Source: Promethearchaeota archaeon (GTDB lineage Archaea > Asgardarchaeota > Heimdallarchaeia > Hodarchaeales > Hodarchaeaceae). From it: a stretch of 64,000 bases of DNA. The notes beneath the pieces were generated by a model. It saw nothing but the letters and a program-made list of their open reading frames with translations, made no database searches and was not told the origin of the DNA. The DNA lies in contig JBHLMN010000020.1 in the NCBI GenBank assembly GCA_048938105.1, positions 1 to 64,000 of the forward strand, in the 5' to 3' direction. Each line of letters begins with the position of its first letter. Position 1 is the stretch's first letter. Shown in pieces: positions 29,147 through 38,860 of the stretch. The position numbers were made by a program, and so were the translations under genes.

Positions 29147-30139
29147 ATGGTCAATTATTCTAAATATGAGCTATCCCCTTTCAATGGAAGAATCCTCTCT
29201 CCTAAAGTCATTTTAATACAGCCACAATCAAAGTTTTTTACCTCAAACACGTTAATTTTTAACGATCAAGTAAAATTAGTTGTTGACACGGGATTTCAAC
29301 ATGGATCTGGTCAATTAACAAGAGTAAGAGATTTTTTTTGTATTGGATCAGATGATTCTATTTTTTTCTCACATTATCACATTGATCACATTATTGGGGG
29401 TCATATTTTTACCCAAAGTTCAAAACTTATTCATCAATCAGAAAAAGACGCTTTTGAAAGTGTCGAGGCTTTTCTTCAATTTTGTTTTCAAGATAAGCCT
29501 AGTCCTTCAGAACATCGTCAATGGAAGTTACACTTCATAACTTTCTTAGAGTATGAGGGACTTACAGGATGGAAAGACTTAGCATTTAATAAGATTGAAT
29601 GGATTGACGCACAAGATCCATTAGATTTAGGAGAAACAAGTGTAGATGTGTTACATCTTCCAGGCCATTCACCTGGTCACTGTGGACTATATGAATCCGT
29701 TAATCAAATTCTTTTCATTGGTGATATCGATCTATCACACTTTGGGCCTTGGTATGGGTGGAAAAATGCTAATTTATTTTCTTTCCGGCAATCGATTACA
29801 CATTTACGCCAATTCATTAAAGAAAATGAAATTTCATGGATAGTTCCCAGTCATTCTCCTCCTATTAATAATAAACAGGATTGCTTAAATCGATTAGAGA
29901 ATTTCAATAAGATATTTGATGAGCGAAAGAAAAGGATTTTGGAGTTTATAACACAACAACGATCAAATGGTACAACAATTGAAGCAATTGCCCAGCAATC
30001 TTTTATTTATCAAGGAAAAATAAGTACTCCACCGTATGTATTCGAAACCTTTGAGCGCATCATGGTGGAACACCATTTAAAAGAGTTGGTATTAGAAGGA
30101 TACGTTGACTTTGAAGGAGATAAAGTTTTCTCTAAATAG
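29147..30139 (+). CDS. MBL-fold metallo-hydrolase with a C-terminal winged helix
   Basis: VDTG, SHYHIDH, PGHSPGH, GD, PSH. Confidence 0.9.
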   Translation: MVNYSKYELSPFNGRILSPKVILIQPQSKFFTSNTLIFNDQVKLVVDTGFQHGSGQLTRVRDFFCIGSDDSIFFSHYHIDHIIGGHIFTQSSKLIHQSEKDAFESVEAFLQFCFQDKPSPSEHRQWKLHFITFLEYEGLTGWKDLAFNKIEWIDAQDPLDLGETSVDVLHLPGHSPGHCGLYESVNQILFIGDIDLSHFGPWYGWKNANLFSFRQSITHLRQFIKENEISWIVPSHSPPINNKQDCLNRLENFNKIFDERKKRILEFITQQRSNGTTIEAIAQQSFIYQGKISTPPYVFETFERIMVEHHLKELVLEGYVDFEGDKVFSK

Positions 30140-30172
30140 GTTTAAAAAAATAAGGAGAAGGAGGTTTTGAGT

Positions 30173-32095
30173 TTATCTGACTTGGTTCCTCTTCCTGAGT
30201 ATTTCTGCAATCAATAACAGTGAACAAATTATTGAGAAAAAAGGAATGGGAGTGATTTGAACACTATCAGAGGTATCCGTCGTTTCTGAAGACTCTTCGC
30301 TTATTGTACTTTCAACGAAAATAAGTTCTTCAATGATATCACCGTCTTCCTCAACAGTATGCTTATATTTCTTAAGCCATCCCGTTTCGAGGTCATAGGT
30401 TAGTTCATCTTCATAAGATTTTTCCCCATCTCCACTGCTGATCACAATAACCACTATCTCATCATTGAAGGTAAATTCAGCATCTTCGAACCCATCATCA
30501 TCATAATCGCCTGCAAATATTTCTTTAATCATCTGTTCATCAATTGGTATGATGAATATTGGTCCAGTATAATAGGAATATACGTGTTCTTCGATATTAA
30601 TAGTCATTGTGCCAATATCCACTTTTCCATCGATTGCTGAATTGAAGATTAATTTAACAGTTATTTCTGGTGCTTGAATATCTTTGACTTCAACATGTAT
30701 AGTATCATCTGGTTGGACAATCACTTGTTTTTCATCCCCATAAACTATGACTAACTTGTCACCAGATGAACCTGGACCTCCTATTAATGATGAATTATCT
30801 TCAGGCATAAGGATATCTGTGAATTCATATAATTTTGAGTCACCTTCATTAACAACGATCAAATCTTCAGGAGTTATTACTAGATCTTTATCTATTAGCT
30901 CCATTTCATACTGAAGCCTATTTTCATTGTTTGGATCTTCTATTTGTATATTATAGAATGACAGTAACCAACCAGTTGTGAGGTTCCAACCACCCTCCAT
31001 TTTATTATACCATCCATTTGTATACTCATTTACAAAGCTTAGAATATCATCTTTTATTGTGACTTCTGGGGGAGCAATTTCATCAATCAATGTTCTATTA
31101 ACGGTATTGATAAATGGTGCTCCAAGAATTCTAGGTGCCCAAGCGGTACTCTTATCAATAAAATAGTGGTGGTCATCTGTAATACTCATATCGTTGTGTA
31201 TCAGATCATAGGTTAGCTCAAGTTCTAGATATCCACGATAATCAGTGCTGATAACTTTTACAATGATTTCATCTTCTTCATAAAGGGAGATGTATTGATA
31301 ATTACCCCCTTTCATGACTGGAATAATCAAATCGTGAGAATAACTTTGTTTTTCATGATTAAACCAGCTGTATGTTTTCAGAACATAAGTATTAATATCG
31401 CCAACACTAACTCTAATGTCAAAGTGTTCTGGATTCCATGTTTCATATAAAGATACTTCAACTTCTGAATGATAACCTTCTCCACCAGATTCTCGTTGCA
31501 TTCCTACCAGAAACCCAGTCGTAAGGTTATACTCATATGTTTCGCGATTATAGTAGTTTTCATCTTCTTCTTTTTTTTCAAATCTTATAAAATTATCATA
31601 AAAATTATAGTTCCAAGTGGTATCATCATATACTTCTTTGATCAGCGTTTTATTTATTGTCATAATAGTACGGGTTTGGTAATTATTCGAGAGGTCTAAT
31701 CTTGAGAGATTAACATATAAACGGTCAGGATGAAATTCTTCGCCATCTAAGTTATAGAAAACGTATTCTTCTGTAATATAGGTCTCATTTATTTCAATTA
31801 TCTGTACAATCACCTTTGTTCCTTCATGAATTGCGAAGTTGGTCATAAATCCGCTAACGGGTAGCGTCATGTTCATTTCATGGATTTCAGGTTTATCTTC
31901 TCGCTGGGTTCTGATTCTATCAAAGATATATGTTTGTTTATCTTCCTCATTGACTGCTCCTAGTTCGTAATATTCAGGATTGACATCATAGCTTACTTCT
32001 GTTATTATCGGTGACGACATACAATAAATTGGTAGCAAAAAAAGGCATAAAATAAGAACAATCGTCCATATTTGATTTATTTCTCTGATTTTCAA
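30173..32095 (-). CDS. Secreted, membrane-anchored surface protein with three ~190-aa repeats
   Basis: Signal peptide. Repeats start V.(E/V)(G/E)D...Y and end (Y/W)(N/D)L.TG(F/W)L. S/T/E linker, then TPIPF, a TM helix and RKR. Confidence 0.75.
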   Translation of the reverse strand: MKIREINQIWTIVLILCLFLLPIYCMSSPIITEVSYDVNPEYYELGAVNEEDKQTYIFDRIRTQREDKPEIHEMNMTLPVSGFMTNFAIHEGTKVIVQIIEINETYITEEYVFYNLDGEEFHPDRLYVNLSRLDLSNNYQTRTIMTINKTLIKEVYDDTTWNYNFYDNFIRFEKKEEDENYYNRETYEYNLTTGFLVGMQRESGGEGYHSEVEVSLYETWNPEHFDIRVSVGDINTYVLKTYSWFNHEKQSYSHDLIIPVMKGGNYQYISLYEEDEIIVKVISTDYRGYLELELTYDLIHNDMSITDDHHYFIDKSTAWAPRILGAPFINTVNRTLIDEIAPPEVTIKDDILSFVNEYTNGWYNKMEGGWNLTTGWLLSFYNIQIEDPNNENRLQYEMELIDKDLVITPEDLIVVNEGDSKLYEFTDILMPEDNSSLIGGPGSSGDKLVIVYGDEKQVIVQPDDTIHVEVKDIQAPEITVKLIFNSAIDGKVDIGTMTINIEEHVYSYYTGPIFIIPIDEQMIKEIFAGDYDDDGFEDAEFTFNDEIVVIVISSGDGEKSYEDELTYDLETGWLKKYKHTVEEDGDIIEELIFVESTISEESSETTDTSDSVQITPIPFFSIICSLLLIAEILRKRNQVR

Positions 32096-32448
32096 AATAT
32101 CACCTTAATATATTATTTTTTTAATGTGAATAGGTTCTATATTTCTTTCTATATAAAATAATCTAAATGAATTGACATTTACTTCAGCATAATTCGAGAA
32201 TAATTGGGGATTCTTAACATCCTACTCTATTAAGACGATTAATTAAAATTGATTAGTTGTTATCACTTTCAAATGGTTGAGGAGTCGGTACCAATCCAAT
32301 CTCGTAATTAACATTTTCAAGATCACTTTAATAAACTGATTAACAGTTTCACAAAGAATCTTCTTGGTTTTAGTGGAATAAAATAGAAAAATGTTTAAGA
32401 TAGGTTTTTCTGCTTTGAAATTTACTGAAGCAGGAATAGGAACTAATC

Positions 32449-33471
32449 ATGTATGAGTTAAAATTCGATGAAAAAACATGTGAAACATGTCCAACTGCTG
32501 ATTGCCTCTCTAGATGCCAATATATCGATATTGATAAAGACATAGCAAAGACAGAAATAAAGAAAATGATTTCTGGGGAAGATTCGTTTGTGTTACATGA
32601 TTGTGTAACGTGTTATGCTTGCGAGGAGTACTGTAAGAGAGGTAATCACCCATTCTATTTAATCACTGATCTTCAGGAGGAAAGAGGGATTCTTCCTATG
32701 CCTAAGCCCCTGAAGACCCAATTTGTCAACATATCAGTACCAACAAGAAGAGACATTATCCAATTTTATGGTGCTGAAGAACCAGTTATTTCTCTGTGCC
32801 TTTTTCCTCAGTATACTCGGTTATTTAGCGAAGATAAATTCTTTGAGGAGCTCTCTATTATTATAGGACGTTACTTCTTTTGCCATCTTATGTACCTTCA
32901 CTCTGGTAATCCCTCATTGATTCGAGAGAAGCTTCCAACAATAATAGAAAATATTGCAAATCACGGATTCAAAGAGGTAATTTTCTTCCATGATGAATGT
33001 TATTCAACATTAACTTCCTATGCAACAGCTTATGGTATTGAAGTTCCTTTCAAACCCATTCATTTTAATGATTTTCTTTACAATAGATTAAAGGAACAGC
33101 AAGAGAAGATACAGCCCTTAAACGCAAAAGTGGCTTTCCAACGAAATTGCTCTGCTCGTTTAACTCCAAATGTAGAGTATCTTGTTGATGACATCTTCAA
33201 TTTAATAGGAGTTGAGAGAGTGGAAAGAAAATACGACAGAGAGAATGCACTCTGTTGTGGGGGTGTGATTAGAGGCCAACAACGATATGACCTCTTTATT
33301 GATGTCCAAACGAGAAATGTTGACGATATGGTGAATGCTGGTGTTGAATATTGCGTATTTCAGTGCCCTGCTTGTTTTGATTATCTCTCGGAGAAGGTTG
33401 CGGAGAAAGGAATCAAACCGATTATGATGCATGAACTATGTCTACTTGCTTTACAAGGACGTGATAAATAA
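32449..33471 (+). CDS. Fe-S oxidoreductase subunit with ferredoxin-like and CCG domains (HdrD/GlcF-like)
   Basis: CETC....C...C, CVTCYACEEYC, LCCGG, CPAC. Confidence 0.82.
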   Translation: MYELKFDEKTCETCPTADCLSRCQYIDIDKDIAKTEIKKMISGEDSFVLHDCVTCYACEEYCKRGNHPFYLITDLQEERGILPMPKPLKTQFVNISVPTRRDIIQFYGAEEPVISLCLFPQYTRLFSEDKFFEELSIIIGRYFFCHLMYLHSGNPSLIREKLPTIIENIANHGFKEVIFFHDECYSTLTSYATAYGIEVPFKPIHFNDFLYNRLKEQQEKIQPLNAKVAFQRNCSARLTPNVEYLVDDIFNLIGVERVERKYDRENALCCGGVIRGQQRYDLFIDVQTRNVDDMVNAGVEYCVFQCPACFDYLSEKVAEKGIKPIMMHELCLLALQGRDK

Positions 33472-34850
33472 TGCAATCTATATACAATTCTTTGACCAAA
33501 ATTGTAGAGGAGGAGTTTGTTTCAAATCAAAAAGAAGAGCTTTACATCTACTCTCAAGATCCAGGAATGATGGAACCTCATGAACCAGATTTTGTTGTGA
33601 TGCCTAAAACTACAGAGGAGATCCAACAGATAGTTAAACTTGCGAACAAGGAAAAAATACCCATAGTTCCAGTGGGAGGTTCATTAAGTTTGTCTGGTTT
33701 GGTTATCCCTCATCAAGGAGGGATTGTAGTAGATTTAAGAAGAATGGATAAGGTGTTAGAGGTTAATGAAGAAAGTAGGTACATTGTATTTGAAGCTGGG
33801 TTAACTACTGGTAAATTAAAGGCTTATCTGGAAAAGCATCATCCCTTGTTACGTTTCTCGATACCTGATGCTCCTCCTTCCGCGACTGTAGTTGGAAATA
33901 TTGTAATTCATGGTCAAGGACGGTTAACTCAACAATATGGGTTTAATTCTGATCTGGTTACTGGATTGGAGGTTGTTTTGCCAACTGGAGAAGTCTGTAA
34001 GATTGGTTCTGCCTCTGTCAGTCCTTATTGGTTTTCACTTGCTCCTCTACCTGATCTGGCGGGACTTTTCTTAGGATGGTTTGGAACAACAGGTATAATT
34101 ACTAAAATGGGTCTAAAATTATTTCCTAAAAAGAAATTGAGAGACATTGAAGTATTTACAGTAGAGGATCCCAACCTAGTTCCAAATGTGATCCAAAGAG
34201 TGACTCATACTGAAATGAGCGAAGATATTTTTACTGGCGCTCAACCGTATCCACCCGTATTCAAAGATATCATAATGATAGGAATTCTTTTGACAGGAGA
34301 TTCGAAAAAGGAGTTAGAATTTAAAAGAAAGATGATTTGGAAGGCTCTCCAATGTCATATCGATAGTAAAGAGGGAGGTTTCATGATGATGACCCCAGAT
34401 GTAAAACAAGACTTGTTAGAGATGCCAACTAGTAGTACAACAAGATTTGCAGATGTAATGAAAGGGGGAGGATTTGAATACTGTGGGCCTATTATTCCAG
34501 TGGAAAAATATCCAGAAGCCTTCAGAAGATTACTTGAAATAACAAAGAAATATAGAATTACTTTTGGTAATGCAGGACGAGTCATTGGTCGAAGTCATTC
34601 CATGATGTTTTCTTTTGGTTATCCCTTCAATCGTGCTGATCCAGAAAATATTGAAAGAACGAAGAATGCGTTACATGATACAAATGTAGCAAGTTTGGAC
34701 ATCGGAGGTGTACCTTGGAAACCTGAGGTTCCTGCACAAAGAATGATCATGGAACGGATGGACAAAAATACGCTTGAACTGATGCAGCGGATAAAGAAGG
34801 TGCTTGATCCAAATGGAATCATGAATCCAGGTAATTGGGAGGTTAAATGA
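33471..34850 (+). CDS. FAD-binding oxidoreductase, GlcD/D-lactate dehydrogenase family
   Basis: PDFVVMP.T.EE, VP.GG..SL.G, GLEVVLPTG, G..GT.GIIT, C-terminal LDPNGIMNPG. Confidence 0.88.
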   Translation: MQSIYNSLTKIVEEEFVSNQKEELYIYSQDPGMMEPHEPDFVVMPKTTEEIQQIVKLANKEKIPIVPVGGSLSLSGLVIPHQGGIVVDLRRMDKVLEVNEESRYIVFEAGLTTGKLKAYLEKHHPLLRFSIPDAPPSATVVGNIVIHGQGRLTQQYGFNSDLVTGLEVVLPTGEVCKIGSASVSPYWFSLAPLPDLAGLFLGWFGTTGIITKMGLKLFPKKKLRDIEVFTVEDPNLVPNVIQRVTHTEMSEDIFTGAQPYPPVFKDIIMIGILLTGDSKKELEFKRKMIWKALQCHIDSKEGGFMMMTPDVKQDLLEMPTSSTTRFADVMKGGGFEYCGPIIPVEKYPEAFRRLLEITKKYRITFGNAGRVIGRSHSMMFSFGYPFNRADPENIERTKNALHDTNVASLDIGGVPWKPEVPAQRMIMERMDKNTLELMQRIKKVLDPNGIMNPGNWEVK

Positions 34851-36007
34851 TGTTCAATTACGCTGATCAAATCCACAGATGTTTCAGATGCGGTTATTGT
34901 AAATTTCCTAATAATTTTAGTGATTTCAATTGTCCCTCTTATAACAGATTCCGATTTGAATCCTATTCTACAGGGGGAAGATTATGGTTGATTTGGGCTT
35001 GGGTAAAGGGGGAAATTGAGTGGTCAGAACATTTAGCAAATGTTGTATTCTCGTGTGCAGCATGTAGAAATTGTGTAGAACAGTGTCCTATGCGTTTTAA
35101 TGATGACATTGTTGATTGGATCATTAGTGCTCGAAGTGACATGGTTGAGAAGGGACTTATCCCCCCCTTAGTTGGAGAATTCTTAGATAATGTCTACAGA
35201 TATGGTAATCCTTGGGGGATGCCAAGAAATGATAGAGATTCTTGGGCTGACGGTATAAACCGATATCAGCCTGGTGATGAATACCTTTTCTATGTAGGGT
35301 GCGCTGGATCTTACGAACAACAAGGCCAGAGAATGGCTAAATCGGTTGCTGAATTTTTACAAACCGCAGGAGTTTCTTTTGGAATCCTTGGTTCAGATGA
35401 GGATTGTGATGGGAATGAAATGCTTTTCATTGGAGAGAAAGGTTTATTCCGAGAGTTAGCTGAAAAAAATGTCAAGAAATTTAGAGAACTTGGTGTAAAA
35501 AAGATCATTACACTTTCTCCTCATGCTTATAATGCAATGAAAAACAAGTATGGTAATCTTGGGGAAATCAAAGTATACCACTATACCCAGGTTTTCTCTG
35601 AAATTCTTAGAACTAGGAACCTAGAATTATATACAATCAACTCCAAAGTAACTTATCATGATCCCTGTTTCTTGGGAAGGTATAATGGGATTTATGATCC
35701 CCCAAGAAAGATAATCAAGGGTATCCCAGGAGTTGAACTCGTTGAAATGGAGAGAACTATGGAAAATTCTTTCTGTTGTGGTGGTGGAAGTGGAAATTTC
35801 GTTTTTGACCTTTTAGGAAAATCATCAGATAGCCCCAGTAGAATTCGGGTGAGAGAAGCTCATGAAACTGGAGCTGACCTCTTGATTGTGTCCTGTCCAA
35901 GTTGCTATTGTATGCTCGAAGAAGCGATAAAAACCGAAGGATTAGAGAATAAATTGATAATAAAAGATATTTCCGAGCTCGTGATAGAATCAATAAAAAA
36001 CAAATAA
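34847..36007 (+). CDS. Fe-S oxidoreductase with 2x[4Fe-4S] and two CCG domains (GlcF/HdrD-like)
   Basis: CFRCGYC...CP, CAACRNC...CP, YVGC, TYHDPC.LGR, CCGGGSG, SCPSC. Confidence 0.88.
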   Translation: MMFNYADQIHRCFRCGYCKFPNNFSDFNCPSYNRFRFESYSTGGRLWLIWAWVKGEIEWSEHLANVVFSCAACRNCVEQCPMRFNDDIVDWIISARSDMVEKGLIPPLVGEFLDNVYRYGNPWGMPRNDRDSWADGINRYQPGDEYLFYVGCAGSYEQQGQRMAKSVAEFLQTAGVSFGILGSDEDCDGNEMLFIGEKGLFRELAEKNVKKFRELGVKKIITLSPHAYNAMKNKYGNLGEIKVYHYTQVFSEILRTRNLELYTINSKVTYHDPCFLGRYNGIYDPPRKIIKGIPGVELVEMERTMENSFCCGGGSGNFVFDLLGKSSDSPSRIRVREAHETGADLLIVSCPSCYCMLEEAIKTEGLENKLIIKDISELVIESIKNK

Positions 36008-36051
36008 GAAAATATTAGAATTGCAAGAATTTAGTCAAATGTGAATTTGTT

Positions 36052-37494
36052 ATGCTTCTCCAGAGAAAAAAAAAAGAATTGTCTGAAGATCCATGTCGGA
36101 ATTACAATGTCCTTTGCGGAATTGAGGAAGAATTTCTAATAATCAATGAAGATGGCACGCTAGTAAATGCTGCTGATGAATTGATGGTGAGAGCTGCTGA
36201 AATTCTGGAACGAGATTCCAAACGGTTAGATTTTCTCCAACTAAAAATTCGAGGATTGGATGCTGAACCGTCACCAAGCCAAATTGAGTATGTGACTCTT
36301 CCACTTCCACCTAAAGATATTGCAGAAGCAATGAAAGCTGGGAGGAAACTGCTTTCTGATGCAGCAACGAAATTAGGATATAGAATTTTCTCTCAGAGTA
36401 TGCATCCTATACAGAGCGATCCTCATCCCATGTGCGGAACTCATATTAACGTTTCAGCCCAAACAGGGGGATTCATGAATACGGAAGAGTTAGCTGCAGT
36501 CTATAACTATCTTTGGAATTATCTTCCTGAATTAATTGCGTTATCTGCAAACACTCCTATCTTTCAAGGATCTAAGACGAATGTCGCTAGTAATCGTATC
36601 AGTAATTCGACTGTTCTCAAACCCAATGGTCCATCTCAAATTCAGATTCCCAAACGAAATGCAGCATTAATTCCTATGCAGTACTATGGTCAAATGCGAT
36701 ATACTTTACGTATAGCAGGCGAAAACGTGAAAAAAATCATAACTAATCCGAGAGGTGAGAGGCTAGTAGATATTACTCCAAGAGGACCATTAACGAACAT
36801 AGGTGAAGATGAGGACTCCGCTCTCACAACAAACCGTGTAGAAGTGAGAATATTTGATGTTCAACAGGATCTTGAGTATCTCCTTGATCTTGTTTATCTT
36901 TGCTGTGTTTCTGCTTTACATGCGATTTACCTTTATACTACAGGAAAAATCGCTCTTGATCCTAATCACAGAACTAATGTAAAACAAGCGGTTTTTAATG
37001 GTGTTAACGCCCGATTCGTACGGAATGGTAGAGAGGAGTCCTTACAAGAAAGTGTATCTCGTTGGATAAATGAAACAGAAAAATATCAAGATATGTTAGG
37101 AATTAAGATTCGAAAACTCCCCACAATCAAGACTGATTTTCAACAGGGTGAATTAGATGTCGAATTTACGACAAGAAATATTGAAGAACTGCGACAACAA
37201 GGAAAAATGTTTGTAGTAGTTCAATTGAATAAATCACGGACGATCACTGACCAACGAGGGAGAAAATATGGTATTTCTCGTGGAACTCAGTTACAAGGAA
37301 TGTTAGATGTCGATTATAAGCTCACTTACCAAGAAAAAGATAATATCGTCACTGATTTCCAGGGAATTAAAATAATTAATACACTTGATGTCCAAGGAAT
37401 AAAAATCACCTTAGACAATAAAGATCGAGTTCTTGTTGCATTAAGTAGATCGGATTATCTGTCACGAAGCCTCTTTGGTGGATTTGGTTTTTAG
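36052..37494 (+). CDS. Divergent glutamate--cysteine ligase family 2 (GCS2/YbdK-like carboxylate-amine ligase) with a ~120-aa C-terminal extension
   Basis: GIEEEF (ExE), E....QIE, GTHINV, P.LIALSANTP, SNR, VEVRIFD. Confidence 0.8.
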   Translation: MLLQRKKKELSEDPCRNYNVLCGIEEEFLIINEDGTLVNAADELMVRAAEILERDSKRLDFLQLKIRGLDAEPSPSQIEYVTLPLPPKDIAEAMKAGRKLLSDAATKLGYRIFSQSMHPIQSDPHPMCGTHINVSAQTGGFMNTEELAAVYNYLWNYLPELIALSANTPIFQGSKTNVASNRISNSTVLKPNGPSQIQIPKRNAALIPMQYYGQMRYTLRIAGENVKKIITNPRGERLVDITPRGPLTNIGEDEDSALTTNRVEVRIFDVQQDLEYLLDLVYLCCVSALHAIYLYTTGKIALDPNHRTNVKQAVFNGVNARFVRNGREESLQESVSRWINETEKYQDMLGIKIRKLPTIKTDFQQGELDVEFTTRNIEELRQQGKMFVVVQLNKSRTITDQRGRKYGISRGTQLQGMLDVDYKLTYQEKDNIVTDFQGIKIINTLDVQGIKITLDNKDRVLVALSRSDYLSRSLFGGFGF

Positions 37495-37531
37495 TAATAA
37501 AACCATTGTTAATAGAAGGTGTCACAGCGGA

Positions 37532-37912
37532 ATGAAAGAAGAGCAAAGAGAGGTTACTAACGAGAAATGTGACCAATTATTCACTTATGGAACCCTACAA
37601 TCTGGATATAGTCGAAATTATCTTCTTAGTGGATTAGAATATGAGAAAGCGATTTTAGAGGGCTATCGTAAGCTTACTCCTCCCACTCTAGGTTTTCCAT
37701 TCATACTCAAAGACAAAGAATCTAATGTTACTGGTGAAATTTATTTCCAGTTAACGCAATCTCATTGGACACAAATTGATTTAGTTGAAGGAGAAGGGTC
37801 TTTATATCATAGAGTTCTCGTAGAAGTGAAAACAATCTCAAAAGGGAGAAATTTATCGGCTTTTACTTATTACCCCTCAAAAAGGCTTATTGAGGAATAT
37901 AGTGAGAAATAA
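37532..37912 (+). CDS. Gamma-glutamylcyclotransferase (AIG2/BtrG/GGACT-like)
   Basis: LFTYGTL, V.GE.Y, D..EG....Y.R..V.V, A..Y. ATG 37532 is preferred over TTG 37475, which overlaps the ligase. Confidence 0.85.
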   Translation: MKEEQREVTNEKCDQLFTYGTLQSGYSRNYLLSGLEYEKAILEGYRKLTPPTLGFPFILKDKESNVTGEIYFQLTQSHWTQIDLVEGEGSLYHRVLVEVKTISKGRNLSAFTYYPSKRLIEEYSEK

Positions 37913-37915
37913 ACA

Positions 37916-38821
37916 ATGTGCCGATTATTAAGTCTTTGGGCGAATCAAAATCACAAAAAAACTTCTAGACATTTATTGAAATATTGGTTTAATGCTTGGT
38001 TGGATTCTACGAAGAAGGATCATTACTTAAACAGAGTATATGGCGTTCCAGAAGGGAATTGTGTTCACAAGGATGGCTGGGGTATTGTAACTCTTGGAAC
38101 TGATCACGATTATAAGATAATATGGGAACACAAAAATCAAGATCTAAAACCTGCTTTCTCTTACAGAAAAAATAGTCTAGCTCGATTAGTCATAGGATCT
38201 CCTTTTCTTAGATCAACACATCAAATCTTGTTAGCTCATGCAAGAAGGGCAAGTGTAAATATGCCAGTATCCCTGCAACAAGTACAACCATTACTGATTC
38301 ATGATGAAACAAGTTCAAGAAAGGTCTTTCTTAGCCACAATGGTACCCTTAATTCAAAGATTCTCAACGATATATTATATACAGAATCACATCCAATCTC
38401 AGCTCAATTTAATAATTTCTCTGACACTCAATTGTTAAGCTGGTATATCAAACAAAATCTAGAAAATAACTCTAGTAAAAACAGTATTAAGGATTTTTGG
38501 ATTCCAATTTTTCTAGAAATTATTGATAAGCATCAAGAAGACAACGTAAATTACCAAATGCAATTAATAATTTTAGAAATAACTGAAAATAATCCACAAT
38601 TAATCATTTGTTCTGCATTAAGTGATAAATCAAAAAGATTCATGCCCTATTATCGGTTATTTTTTGGAAAGAAAGGGAAATTTAGAGTAATATGTTCTTC
38701 TACGATCGTTGATCACTTTAAAAGTAATCATAAATCTTCTAACTGGGATTTAGATCCAATATCTAACAAAACTCTTGTTAATATTACCTCTGAGGGCGAA
38801 TTCTATCATGAATTATCATAA
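37916..38821 (+). CDS. Class II glutamine amidotransferase / Ntn hydrolase (EgtC/DUG3-like)
   Basis: N-terminal M-C-RLL nucleophile, H.DGWG, LAHARRAS, HNGT, SDT. Confidence 0.83.
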   Translation: MCRLLSLWANQNHKKTSRHLLKYWFNAWLDSTKKDHYLNRVYGVPEGNCVHKDGWGIVTLGTDHDYKIIWEHKNQDLKPAFSYRKNSLARLVIGSPFLRSTHQILLAHARRASVNMPVSLQQVQPLLIHDETSSRKVFLSHNGTLNSKILNDILYTESHPISAQFNNFSDTQLLSWYIKQNLENNSSKNSIKDFWIPIFLEIIDKHQEDNVNYQMQLIILEITENNPQLIICSALSDKSKRFMPYYRLFFGKKGKFRVICSSTIVDHFKSNHKSSNWDLDPISNKTLVNITSEGEFYHELS

Positions 38822-38860
38822 TCAAGAGGTAAGATCCTAATTTTAAGAAAGTAGCGAATT

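Noticed and set aside
36052-38821. Ergothioneine (EgtA/EgtC) or Pup-proteasome operon
   Set aside because: There is no EgtB/EgtD/EgtE, Pup-like small ORF, Dop or proteasome gene nearby, and a cyclotransferase is not part of either pathway.
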